Below, piece after piece: positions 7,750-15,734 of a DNA stretch of 19,600 nucleotides. Source of the DNA: Capsulimonadaceae bacterium. GTDB taxonomy: Bacteria; Armatimonadota; Armatimonadia; Armatimonadales; Capsulimonadaceae. The DNA is taken from assembly GCA_965277485.1 (NCBI GenBank), contig CBDICZ010000009.1, positions 1-19,600 of the forward strand, in the 5' to 3' direction. Both the position numbers and the translations under genes were made by a program. The notes beneath the pieces were generated by a model. The model was not told where the DNA came from. It ran no database searches and saw only the letters and a program-made list of their open reading frames with translations. How positions within the stretch are numbered: position 1 is the first letter of the stretch; the number at the start of each line of letters is the position of its first letter.

Positions 7750-9594
7750 ATGTGTGGGATCACGGGCTATGTCGGCGGGCGCGAGGGGAGCGTCCGCCTG
7801 GCGCTGGATAATCTCAAGAAGCTGGAATATCGCGGCTATGACTCGGCGGGCGTCGCCGTGATCGCCCCCGGCACCGATGGCGTCGTCGTGCTGAAGAAGC
7901 AGGGCAAGCTCGGCAACCTGGAAGCGTCGCTGAACGGCCTCGGCGCGGCGCGCGGGACCGTCATCGCGCACACGCGCTGGGCGACCCACGGGCGGCCCTC
8001 GGACGGCAACGCCCACCCGCACACCGACTGCACCGGCACGCTGGCGCTGATCCACAACGGCATCATCGAGAACTATCTGGCCCTGCGCGAGCGGCTGATC
8101 GCGTCGGGGCACGTGTTCCACAGCGAGACGGACACCGAGGTCCTGGCGCATCTGATCGAGGAACACCTGAAGCACACGCCGGGGCTGGAAGACGCCGTGC
8201 GTGGGGCGCTCGCCGAGGTCACGGGGGCATATGCCGTCTGCGTGGTGTCCGCGCGGGAGCCGGAGACCATCTACGCCGCCAAGACCGCCTCGCCGCTCAT
8301 CATCGGGCTGGGCGACGGCGAGAACTTTTTGGCCTCGGACATCCCCGCCGTCATGGCCCACACCCGGCGTGTTCTTGTGCTGGAAGACGGCGATTTCGCC
8401 CGCATCACCCCGCACGGCGTCACCCTCACCACGGTGGCCGGTGAGCCGATCACGCGGGCCGAGTTCGCCGTCACCTGGGACGAGCGCACGGCGGAGAAGG
8501 GCGGCTACCCGCACTTCATGCTCAAGGAGATTCACGACCAGCCGCAGACGATCAGAGATACCCTGCGCGGGCGCGTCACCGAGGCCAACGAGGTCATCTT
8601 CCCCGAGCTGAAGCTGCCGACGCAGAAACTTCTGGACTTCAACCGCATCGTCATCGTCGCCTGCGGCACGGCGTACCATGCGGGCATGGTCGGCAAGAGC
8701 TTCTACGAGCATCTTCTGCGCCGCCCCGTGGAGGTGCAGGTGGCGAGCGAGTTCCGCTACAACGACCCCATCGTGGACCAGCACACGCTGGCGATCGTCA
8801 TCTCGCAGAGCGGCGAGACGGCGGACACGCTGGCGGCCCTGCGGGAAGCCAAAGTAAAGGGCGCGACCACGCTCGCCATCGTCAACGTCGTCGGCTCCTC
8901 CATCGCCCGCGAGGCCGACGAGGTGATCTACACCTACGCCGGATTGGAAATCAGCGTCGCCTCCACCAAAGCCTACGTCAGCCAGTTGGTCGCCCTGTAC
9001 CTGGTCGGCCTGTACGTCGCCCAGCGCGAGAACAAGCTGGACCGGGGCGTGGTGGCCGCTTATGTCGAACAATTGCGCGCCCTGCCCGGCCAGGTCGCCC
9101 AGATATTGACTCAGGAGAGCGCTATCGCTGAGTTGGCCCGCCAAGTGGCCCACTCCTCCTCGTTCTTTTTCTTGGGGCGCGGCTTCGACTATGCCGTGTC
9201 CCTGGAAGCGGCCCTGAAGCTCAAGGAAGTCTCCTACATCCACGCCGAGGCGTATGCCGCCGGGGAGATGAAGCACGGCCCGCTGGCGCTGGTCGAGCCG
9301 GGCGTCACCGTGGTCTGCTTCGCCACCCAGTCCGCGCTCTACGACAAGATGCTGTCCAACGTCAAGGAGGTGACGGCGCGCGACGGCGCGGTCCTCGCCA
9401 TCGTGAAAGACGGCGACGAGGGCCTGGACGCGCGCACAGTGGACCGCGTGATCCGCGTCCCGGCCACGCACGACACGTTCATGCCGGTGCTGGCGATCAT
9501 CCCGGCGCAGCTCCTGGCCTACCACATCGCCGCCGCCCTGGGCCGCGAGATTGACCAGCCGCGCAACCTGGCGAAGTCCGTCACCGTTGAGTGA
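7750..9594 (+). CDS. glmS: Glutamine--fructose-6-phosphate aminotransferase (isomerizing)
   Basis: The N-terminal nucleophile MCGITGYVGG, a class-II glutaminase domain, two SIS domains and the C-terminal ...LAKSVTVE are present. Length is 614 aa. Confidence 0.97.
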   Translation: MCGITGYVGGREGSVRLALDNLKKLEYRGYDSAGVAVIAPGTDGVVVLKKQGKLGNLEASLNGLGAARGTVIAHTRWATHGRPSDGNAHPHTDCTGTLALIHNGIIENYLALRERLIASGHVFHSETDTEVLAHLIEEHLKHTPGLEDAVRGALAEVTGAYAVCVVSAREPETIYAAKTASPLIIGLGDGENFLASDIPAVMAHTRRVLVLEDGDFARITPHGVTLTTVAGEPITRAEFAVTWDERTAEKGGYPHFMLKEIHDQPQTIRDTLRGRVTEANEVIFPELKLPTQKLLDFNRIVIVACGTAYHAGMVGKSFYEHLLRRPVEVQVASEFRYNDPIVDQHTLAIVISQSGETADTLAALREAKVKGATTLAIVNVVGSSIAREADEVIYTYAGLEISVASTKAYVSQLVALYLVGLYVAQRENKLDRGVVAAYVEQLRALPGQVAQILTQESAIAELARQVAHSSSFFFLGRGFDYAVSLEAALKLKEVSYIHAEAYAAGEMKHGPLALVEPGVTVVCFATQSALYDKMLSNVKEVTARDGAVLAIVKDGDEGLDARTVDRVIRVPATHDTFMPVLAIIPAQLLAYHIAAALGREIDQPRNLAKSVTVE

Positions 9595-9633
9595 TGGGGG
9601 ATGCCCACCACCTTGTTCGCTGCGCTCACAGGG

Positions 9634-9653
9634 TCCTCCCGAAGCGGGAGGAT
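9634..9653 (+). terminator. Hairpin A downstream of glmS, a likely terminator (no U-tract)
   Basis: TCCTCCCG aagc CGGGAGGA is an 8-bp stem with a 4-nt loop, located 40 nt after the glmS stop. Confidence 0.45.
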
Positions 9654-9693
9654 TCGGGGTAGTCGCCTGCGGGATAGAGCCTGTCCCTCCTGA

Positions 9694-9713
9694 TCCTCCC
9701 GCTGCGGGAGGAC
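9694..9713 (+). repeat. Hairpin B, a second copy of the same 8-bp stem with a different loop
   Basis: TCCTCCCG ctgc CGGGAGGA. The GG flanking A on the 5' side and the CC flanking B on the 3' side could extend an alternative long-range A-5'/B-3' pairing to 10 bp. Confidence 0.45.
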
Positions 9714-9761
9714 CCCGCGCAGTGAGGAACGAACGGAGCAGGGTGGTGGGCAGCCCGCGCC

Positions 9762-9792
9762 TTGACACACGATGGTCGGACCGTGCTACAAT
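9762..9792 (+). promoter_or_regulatory. Sigma70-like promoter TTGACA-19-TACAAT for the TPR-like / CPBP gene pair
   Basis: TTGACA at 9762-9767 and TACAAT at 9787-9792. The 19-nt spacer is long but functional. A GGAAAGG Shine-Dalgarno at 9812-9818 sits 6 nt before ATG 9825. Confidence 0.5.
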
Positions 9793-9824
9793 GCGGCGGG
9801 CGTCGCCGCCCCGGAAAGGCCGCC

Positions 9825-10418
9825 ATGAGACTGTTTGCATTTGCCCTGCTCCTCTGCCTGCTTCCCCAAACCGCCCCTGCTTCCACGCCCAAAAGCTCGC
9901 CCGCGCAGGTGACGGGCGCGCTAGACCAAGTTGAGTCCCGGCTGGCGGCGCAGCGGGACTTCTACTGGCACCGGGGCGACTACCCGCGCATCATTGCCCT
10001 GGATCGCATCCTGACCGAGATGGACCCCCAGTACCTGGACTGTTACGAGACCGGGGCCTGGCTGATGGACAGCCTCGGAGACCGCAAGGACGCCGAGGCC
10101 TATTACCGGCTGGGCGTCGCCAACAACCCGCGCGTCGAGGTTCCGTACTACGGCCTCGGCTTTTTCTACTTCAACACCCTGCACGATTATCGACGTGCGG
10201 CGAGCGTGTTCCACCAGGGGGCGTTGCTGCCCGGCGAGAACATCCTGGACTGGAAGATGGTCGCCCATTCCTACGAACACGCCCAAGAATATGACAAGGC
10301 CGTGGCGACCTGGAAATACATCAAAATCCGCTGGCCGCACGGGCTGGTCGTGGACCAGAACCTGAAGCGCGCCGAGGCCATGCAGCAGGCCGCGTCGCCG
10401 GGGGCCGTCTCCCCGTGA
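9825..10418 (+). CDS. Secreted TPR-like repeat protein
   Basis: A signal peptide (MRLFAFALLLCLLPQTAPASTP) is followed by TPR-like helical repeats (AEAYYRLGVANNP..., YYGLGFFYFNTLHDYRRAASVFHQGALL, VAHSYEHAQEYDKAVATWKYI). The track ORF from 9762 begins at a TTG inside the promoter and is rejected. Confidence 0.6.
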   Translation: MRLFAFALLLCLLPQTAPASTPKSSPAQVTGALDQVESRLAAQRDFYWHRGDYPRIIALDRILTEMDPQYLDCYETGAWLMDSLGDRKDAEAYYRLGVANNPRVEVPYYGLGFFYFNTLHDYRRAASVFHQGALLPGENILDWKMVAHSYEHAQEYDKAVATWKYIKIRWPHGLVVDQNLKRAEAMQQAASPGAVSP

Positions 10419-12043
10419 ACCCCTCCCGCCGCGACGCCCTGCCCCTGTGGGTCTCCCTGCTGCTCGTCTTTTTCGCCGTCCTTTATGTGCTGCAAACGCC
10501 GGGGGCGACGCCGCCCGCCCGCGTTCGCGCTCATGCGCCGCCTGCCGGTCAGGGCGGGGATGCGGCCATGCAGGACCTGATCCAGACCGATCTGACGGCG
10601 AAGACGGCCTACGTGACCACCCTGTCCGCCCCCGGCCCCGTGGTCCGACCCGACCCCCGATTGCTGCACCAGGCGCTGACAGCCGCCGAGGCGCTGCAAA
10701 AGGATGATGACAACTCCCCGACCGCCGCTCGGCGGGTCATCCTGCTGCGCGCCCTGGTCAAGAGCGTTGACCCGCCCGCCGCCGCGCGCAAGGACGACGA
10801 GCCGCTGGCCATCGGCGACAATCACCTGGACCCGCTCGCGGCCTTCACCACGGCCCTGCCGCCGGGGACTCCCTCGGTGGACCGAACCGCCTATGCCCAG
10901 GAAGGCCAGGTCTGGAAGGCCGCGTTCGATGGGGTGGCGTTGACCCCGCACCAGACGCAGGCGCTGGCGGCGCAAATCTCCGCCCTGCCGGAGATCCGCT
11001 GGTGGCGCTGGCCCGCCTTGAGCGGCCTGTACCGGTCCCAGGGCGATCTGGCCGAGGCCAACCGGTACGCCCTCGCCGCGCGCGGACACGCTGCGCTCCC
11101 GCTGGTGGCGACCGGGCTGCTCGGCCTGCTGCGGCTGGGCCTGGGCCTGGTCGGCATCCTGATCCTGATCTACTTCCTCCTGCGCGCCGTCGTCGGGAGG
11201 CCGGAGGCGGGGGCCGCGCCCGCGCTCCCCAATGTCTGGCCGACCCTGCCGGAGCCGATTCCGTTCTCGGAGCGCCGCCTGGGTTCGGGCGACCTGGCCG
11301 CCGTGTTCGTGGTCTACCTGGTGTCGCGCGAGGTGATCGCGCTGATCCTGCTGGGCCTCCCCGGCGGCATCGGCCACGGGCACCTGTTCCACTTTCCGGG
11401 CCTGCTGACGCCGTTCGTGGCGGGCATCCGCCGGATGCCCGCCGTGCGCCGGGAGACTATTGAGGTGGTCTTTGAGGCGATCACCTACCTGCTGGCCGCC
11501 GTGCCGCCCCTGGTCGTCCTGTGGGCGATGGCGCGGCAGCGGGGCGCGTCGCTGGCCGCCGAGATCGGCTGGACGGGCCGGTCGCTGTGGCCCAACGTCG
11601 CCTTCGGCATCGCGGGCTACGCTGTGGCGACCCCCTTGATGCTGCTGACCGCCCTGCTCGCCCCGCAGTTGTTCCGTCACGCCCCCGCGCCGTCGAACCC
11701 GGTCATCCCGGAGATGGTGAACACGTCGGGCTTCTGGACCACGGCCCTGCTGATCGGCCTCGCCTCCATCGCCGCGCCTTTGGTCGAAGAACTGCTGTTC
11801 CGGGGCGTGTTCTTCCAGGCCGCCAAGCTGCGCCTGGGGCCGTGGCCCGCCATCGTGCTGACCGGCCTGGTGTTCGGCCTGGTCCACCCGGTCGGCGTCG
11901 TGGAGAAGCTGGCCATCGCCGTCCTCGGCGGCGTCTTCGCCTGGATGGCCGAGACGCGCCGCTCGCTCGTGCCTAGCATGACGGCCCACTGCCTGAACAA
12001 TCTGACCAGCACCCTGATACTTCTGTTCGCGCTGTCGAACTGA
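10415..12043 (+). CDS. CPBP-family (CAAX protease / Abi) intramembrane glutamic metalloprotease with a ~330-aa N-terminal extension
   Basis: The C-terminal core carries motif 1 EELLFRG, motif 2 FGLVHP and motif 3 HCLNN, within a polytopic membrane region. The GTG start overlaps the upstream stop (GTGA). The N-terminal extension has one TM segment plus a soluble helical region. Confidence 0.8.
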   Translation: MNPSRRDALPLWVSLLLVFFAVLYVLQTPGATPPARVRAHAPPAGQGGDAAMQDLIQTDLTAKTAYVTTLSAPGPVVRPDPRLLHQALTAAEALQKDDDNSPTAARRVILLRALVKSVDPPAAARKDDEPLAIGDNHLDPLAAFTTALPPGTPSVDRTAYAQEGQVWKAAFDGVALTPHQTQALAAQISALPEIRWWRWPALSGLYRSQGDLAEANRYALAARGHAALPLVATGLLGLLRLGLGLVGILILIYFLLRAVVGRPEAGAAPALPNVWPTLPEPIPFSERRLGSGDLAAVFVVYLVSREVIALILLGLPGGIGHGHLFHFPGLLTPFVAGIRRMPAVRRETIEVVFEAITYLLAAVPPLVVLWAMARQRGASLAAEIGWTGRSLWPNVAFGIAGYAVATPLMLLTALLAPQLFRHAPAPSNPVIPEMVNTSGFWTTALLIGLASIAAPLVEELLFRGVFFQAAKLRLGPWPAIVLTGLVFGLVHPVGVVEKLAIAVLGGVFAWMAETRRSLVPSMTAHCLNNLTSTLILLFALSN

Positions 12044-12059
12044 GGGGACACTCGCAGAC

Positions 12060-12935
12060 ATGACGGACGAGTCACACTTTGGGCAGGGGTTCGGGACCGT
12101 GGCGATCCTCGGCGTGGGCCTGATCGGCGGGTCGCTGGGGATGGCGCTGCGGGCGCGGCGGCTGGCGCGGCGCGTGGTCGGCATCGGGCGCGACTCGGCC
12201 CGGCTGGAGACGGCGATCCGGCTGGGGGCGATTGACGACGCGACGATGGACTGGGCGCACGGGGTGGGGGAGGCCGATGTCGTCGTGCTGGGCACGACCA
12301 TCGGACACATCCTGGAGACGCTGCCCAATGTCCTCGCCGCCGTCCGGCCCGGCGCGCTGGTCACGGACGTCGGCAGCACCAAGAGCGCCATCGTGGCGCG
12401 GGCCGGGGGCGCCGCGAACTTTGTCGGCGGACACCCCATGGCCGGCTCGGAGAAGGGCGGCGTGGAGGCGGCGACGGCGACGCTGTTCCAGGAGGCGACA
12501 TGGGCGCTGACGCCGACGGACGCGACCGACGCCGAAGCCCTACAGCGCATCCAGAGGCTGGCGCAGGAGGTCGGCGCGTCCACGCGCGTCTTCACCCCGG
12601 AGGCGCACGATGCGATGGTCGCTGTCACCAGCCACCTGCCGCACGTCCTGGCCTCGGCCCTGATGCGCCTCGCCGACGGAACTCAGCGTACTCTGCCGGA
12701 CACGCCCGCCCTCGCCGCCGGATCATTCGCCGACATGACCCGCGTGGCCGCCTCCTCCCCCGACATCTGGCGCGATGTCTGCCTGTCCAACCGCGACGCC
12801 GTCCTTCATGCCCTGACACACTACCGGACTGAGTTGGACACCCTGGAAGCCGCCGTGGACGCGCGCGACGCGGAGGCCATTGAAGCGTTCTTCCGCGAAG
12901 GCGCGTCGGCGAAGCGCGATTGGGGCAAGTCTTGA
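12060..12935 (+). CDS. tyrA: Prephenate/arogenate dehydrogenase
   Basis: A Rossmann motif VAILGVGLIGGSLG is present, together with HPMAGSEKGG and the TyrA-family segment ATWALTP. Confidence 0.85.
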   Translation: MTDESHFGQGFGTVAILGVGLIGGSLGMALRARRLARRVVGIGRDSARLETAIRLGAIDDATMDWAHGVGEADVVVLGTTIGHILETLPNVLAAVRPGALVTDVGSTKSAIVARAGGAANFVGGHPMAGSEKGGVEAATATLFQEATWALTPTDATDAEALQRIQRLAQEVGASTRVFTPEAHDAMVAVTSHLPHVLASALMRLADGTQRTLPDTPALAAGSFADMTRVAASSPDIWRDVCLSNRDAVLHALTHYRTELDTLEAAVDARDAEAIEAFFREGASAKRDWGKS

Positions 12936-12961
12936 CTCGGTACTGGTGCTTTAGGTATAGT
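12932..12961 (+). promoter_or_regulatory. Promoter TTGACT-18-TATAGT for the modR-modA-modB operon, followed by three GTTACC direct repeats
   Basis: TTGACT at 12932-12937 and TATAGT at 12956-12961. GTTACC occurs at 12960-12965, 12969-12974 and 12976-12981, between the -10 and the start codon. This is a local AT-rich island. Confidence 0.45.
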
Positions 12962-12966
12962 TACCC

Positions 12967-13398
12967 ATGTTACCTGTTACCATGAGCGTCAAACTGACAC
13001 GACATCAAGTGGCCGAGATGCTGCATGTCACGCCGAAGACCCTGGGCGTGTGGGAGCGGACGGGGCGCATCCCGGCCCCGGAGCGGGACTGGCGCGGCTG
13101 GCGTCTGTATGACAGTGCCGCCATCGCCGCCATCCGCGCCCAACTGGGCATCAGTGTCGCTGCGCCGGAGGCCGCTGAGCCAGAACACGAGATGCAGATC
13201 AGTGCCCGGAACCGCCTGCGCGGCGTCGTGCGCGAGATCACCGGCGACGGCGTCCTCTGTGAAGTCACGCTGGATTTGGGCAACGGCCAGGAAGTGGTCT
13301 CCGTCATCACCCGTTCGTCTGCCGAGCGGCTGGGCCTCAAGCCCGGCGTCACCGCGATGGCCCTCATCAAATCCACGGAGGTCCTCCTTGCGCGTTAA
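12967..13398 (+). CDS. MerR/excisionase-type HTH + TOBE (Mop) domain regulator, a putative molybdate-responsive regulator. The alternative start is ATG 12982.
   Basis: The N-terminal HTH (LTRHQVAEMLHVTPKTLGVWERTGRIPAP...GWRLYDSAAIAAI) matches MerR/excisionase-type HTH. The C-terminal TOBE domain is ISARNRLRGVVREI...VTLDLGNGQEVVSVITRSSAERLGLKPGVTAMALIKSTEVLL. Its 3' end overlaps modA by 11 nt. Confidence 0.75.
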   Translation: MLPVTMSVKLTRHQVAEMLHVTPKTLGVWERTGRIPAPERDWRGWRLYDSAAIAAIRAQLGISVAAPEAAEPEHEMQISARNRLRGVVREITGDGVLCEVTLDLGNGQEVVSVITRSSAERLGLKPGVTAMALIKSTEVLLAR

Positions 13399-14140
13399 AT
13401 CTCTGCTCTTGGCCCTGTTCCTGCTGGCCGTGCCGACGGCTCGCGCGGCGGAACTGAAAGTCGCCGCCGCCGCCAACCTGCAAAAAGTGCTGACGCAGGC
13501 GCTCATTCCCGCCTTCCAGCAGAAGACGGGGGCGACCGTCACCGCGACGTTCGGTTCCACCAAACTGCTGGCGACCCAGTTGACTCAGGGGTCGCCGGAA
13601 GACGTGTTCGTGTCCGCCGACACCGCGACCACGGACACGCTGGCGTCACAGGGCCTGCTCGACCCGGCCACGGTGCGCGTCTACGCCATCGGGCGGCTGG
13701 TGATCTGGAGCCGGGCCGATGCCGCCCACCACCCGCGACGCATTCAGGACCTCGCCGACCCCGCCTACGCCAAGATCGCCGTCGCCAACCCCGCGCTCGC
13801 GCCCTATGGCCTGGCCGCCCAGCAGTCTCTGGCCGCCGCCGGGCTGACGGCAACAGTCGGCCCGCGCCTGGTGACGGCGGAGAACATCGGACAGACGCTT
13901 CAGTTCGCCCAGAGTGGTAACGCCGATGTCGCGCTCACGGCCCTGTCGCTGGTCATTGACGATAAAACTGACCCTTATGTGATCGTGCTGGACAAATTGC
14001 ACACGCCCCTCGCCCAGAGCCTGGGCGTTGTCAAGGCGTCCGCACAAGCGGCTCTGGCGAGGCAGTTCGCCGATTTCCTCACCGGCAAAGCCGCCGCCCC
14101 GATCTGGAAGCGCTACGGCTATGAACTGCCGCATCGGTAA
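13388..14140 (+). CDS. modA: Molybdate ABC transporter substrate-binding protein
   Basis: A TTG start at 13388 has a GGAGG Shine-Dalgarno 6 nt upstream. The signal peptide is MRVKSLLLALFLLAVPTARAAE. The mature protein (LKVAAAANLQKVL...TATFGSTKLLATQL...DVFVSAD) is ModA-like. The track ORF from 13025 is a spurious N-terminal extension in the modR overlap. Confidence 0.8.
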   Translation: MRVKSLLLALFLLAVPTARAAELKVAAAANLQKVLTQALIPAFQQKTGATVTATFGSTKLLATQLTQGSPEDVFVSADTATTDTLASQGLLDPATVRVYAIGRLVIWSRADAAHHPRRIQDLADPAYAKIAVANPALAPYGLAAQQSLAAAGLTATVGPRLVTAENIGQTLQFAQSGNADVALTALSLVIDDKTDPYVIVLDKLHTPLAQSLGVVKASAQAALARQFADFLTGKAAAPIWKRYGYELPHR

Positions 14141-14166
14141 TGGCGCTCTCCCTCCCATGAGGCTCG

Positions 14167-14823
14167 ATGGACTGGTCCCCTTTCTGGCTGTCCCTGCGCG
14201 TCGCCGGCTGGGCGACCGTCATCAGCGTCATCGTCGGCACGGGAGTCGCCCTGACGCTCGCGCGCCGCTTTCCGGGCCGCGATTTGTTCCTCGGCGTCGC
14301 CAACCTGCCGCTGGTGCTGCCGCCGACAGTGCTGGGCTACTTTCTGCTGGTCGCGGCGGGCAGTCGCGGGCCGGTGAGCCGCTTGTGGCAACATCTCACG
14401 GGCCACCCGCTCTCCCTCGCCTTCACCTGGCAGGGGGCGGTGCTGGCCGCCTGCCTGGTCAGCATCCCCCTGTTCATCGGCAACGCCCGCGTCGCCTTCG
14501 CCGCGATTGACGCGGACGTGGTCAACGCCGCCCGGACCGATGGCGCGGGCCGCTGGGCCGTCTTCCGACACATCCTGCTGCCGCTGGCTCGGCCTGGGCT
14601 GATTGCGGGCACGACCCTCGCCTTCGCGCGCGCCCTGGGCGACTTCGGCGCGACCCTGATGGTCGCCGGGGACACGCCCGGCGCGGGCCGGACCATGCCG
14701 ATTGCCATCTACGACGCCTTCTTCGACGGCGACGACGGCACCGTCCGCGCCTTCGTCGGCATCACCGTCGCCCTCAGCCTCGCCGTCTGCCTGCTCGCCG
14801 CCCGCCTCGTCCCCCGTGACTGA
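14167..14823 (+). CDS. modB: Molybdate ABC transporter permease
   Basis: There are five or six TM segments, and the ABC-permease EAA-like loop region is AARTDGAGRWAVFRHILLPLARPGLIAG. Gene order modA-modB is preserved, but no modC ATPase gene follows. Confidence 0.85.
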   Translation: MDWSPFWLSLRVAGWATVISVIVGTGVALTLARRFPGRDLFLGVANLPLVLPPTVLGYFLLVAAGSRGPVSRLWQHLTGHPLSLAFTWQGAVLAACLVSIPLFIGNARVAFAAIDADVVNAARTDGAGRWAVFRHILLPLARPGLIAGTTLAFARALGDFGATLMVAGDTPGAGRTMPIAIYDAFFDGDDGTVRAFVGITVALSLAVCLLAARLVPRD

Positions 14824-15338
14824 TGGGGTACAATGGCCGCATGGACGCTTTGATATTGTTCGCCCACGGCTCCCTGCTCTGCGGCGCGGGCGAGGCGCTG
14901 GACGCCCACGCCGCCCGCCTGCGCGCGCGTGGGAATTGGCCGCTGGTGCGGGTCGGCTACATGAACTACTCGGAGCCGACCTTCGCCGAGGCCGTCGCCG
15001 AGTGCCGGGCCGCCGGGGCGACCCGCATCGTCGTCCTGCCGTTCTTCCTGGTTCCCGGCTACTTCGTCCGCAAGACCCTGCCGGAACACGTCGCCCAGGC
15101 CCAAACGGACCATCCTGACCTGACCTTCACCGTCGCCGAGGCCATCGGCTTTGACGCACGTTTGGCCGACGCCGTCATCAACGCCGCCAACGAGCCGCTC
15201 GGCCCCGGCGAGTGGCGCGACGACCTCACCGCCGCCGCCCGCCACTGCCGCGCCCGCCCCGACTGCCCCCTCTACGCCACCCCCAATTGCCCGCGCGTCC
15301 CCGCCCCGGACACGCCCGCCCGCCCGTTTGTGGAGTGA
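14823..15338 (+). CDS. CbiX/SirB-type small sirohydrochlorin chelatase domain protein with a Cys-rich C-terminal tail. The alternative start is ATG 14841.
   Basis: The CbiX fold signature is ALILFAHGS...RIVVLPFFLVPGYF. The C-terminal tail HCRARPDCPLYATPNC is a possible metal or Fe-S site. ATG 14823 overlaps the modB TGA (tgATGg). Confidence 0.7.
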   Translation: MGYNGRMDALILFAHGSLLCGAGEALDAHAARLRARGNWPLVRVGYMNYSEPTFAEAVAECRAAGATRIVVLPFFLVPGYFVRKTLPEHVAQAQTDHPDLTFTVAEAIGFDARLADAVINAANEPLGPGEWRDDLTAAARHCRARPDCPLYATPNCPRVPAPDTPARPFVE

Positions 15339-15342
15339 ACGC

Positions 15343-15711
15343 ATGAAAACCGCCCTGCTCGTCATGGTCCACGGCTCGCCCCGGCCAGTCGCCAATGAAG
15401 ATATGTTCCGCGTCCTGGAAGTGGTGAAAGAACGCCGCGCCTTTGACATCGTGGAGGCGGGATTCATGGAGTGCAACGCGCCGACCATCCCCGACGCCAT
15501 AGACGCCTGCATCGCCCAGGGCGCGCAGCGCGTCGTCGCCGTGCCGTACTTCCTGCACACGGGAACGCACGTCGCCGACGACCTGCCGACGTTGCTGGAC
15601 GAGGCCAAAGAGCGCCACCCCGGCGTTGAGATCGCCATGGGCCGTTACATCGGCACGTCCCCGACCCTGACCGATATCCTCGCCGACCGAGTTCGGGCGA
15701 TCAACAGGTAA
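15343..15711 (+). CDS. Second CbiX-type small chelatase domain protein
   Basis: MKTALLVMVHGSPRP...RVVAVPYFLHTGTHV is about 123 aa, a single CbiX domain. It starts 4 nt after the previous stop, in a different frame. A GGAGTG Shine-Dalgarno lies 6 nt upstream. Confidence 0.7.
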   Translation: MKTALLVMVHGSPRPVANEDMFRVLEVVKERRAFDIVEAGFMECNAPTIPDAIDACIAQGAQRVVAVPYFLHTGTHVADDLPTLLDEAKERHPGVEIAMGRYIGTSPTLTDILADRVRAINR

Positions 15712-15734
15712 AGGAAGTCGCGTCGGGCGAGAGG

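Noticed and set aside
9762-9824. TTG start at 9762 for the TPR-like gene
   Set aside because: The TTG is part of the TTGACA -35 hexamer. The ATG at 9825 has an SD and begins a canonical signal peptide.
7711-9840. A 709-aa minus-strand ORF antisense to glmS
   Set aside because: It is antisense to an unambiguous glmS CDS. Its composition is Arg/Gly/Ala/Asp-rich junk typical of the off-frame in 70% GC DNA.
10271-12628. A 785-aa minus-strand ORF spanning the CPBP and tyrA region
   Set aside because: It is antisense to two well-supported genes and is low-complexity R/G/P/Q-rich with no domain. This is a GC artefact.
13025-13387. N-terminal 120-aa extension of the modA ORF
   Set aside because: It lies inside modR in another frame. 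The modA signal peptide begins at the TTG at 13388, which has a GGAGG RBS.
15151-15342. Upstream extension of the second cbiX ORF (Pro/Thr-rich)
   Set aside because: It overlaps the Cys-rich tail of cbiX-1 in another frame with junk composition. ATG 15343 has its own RBS.
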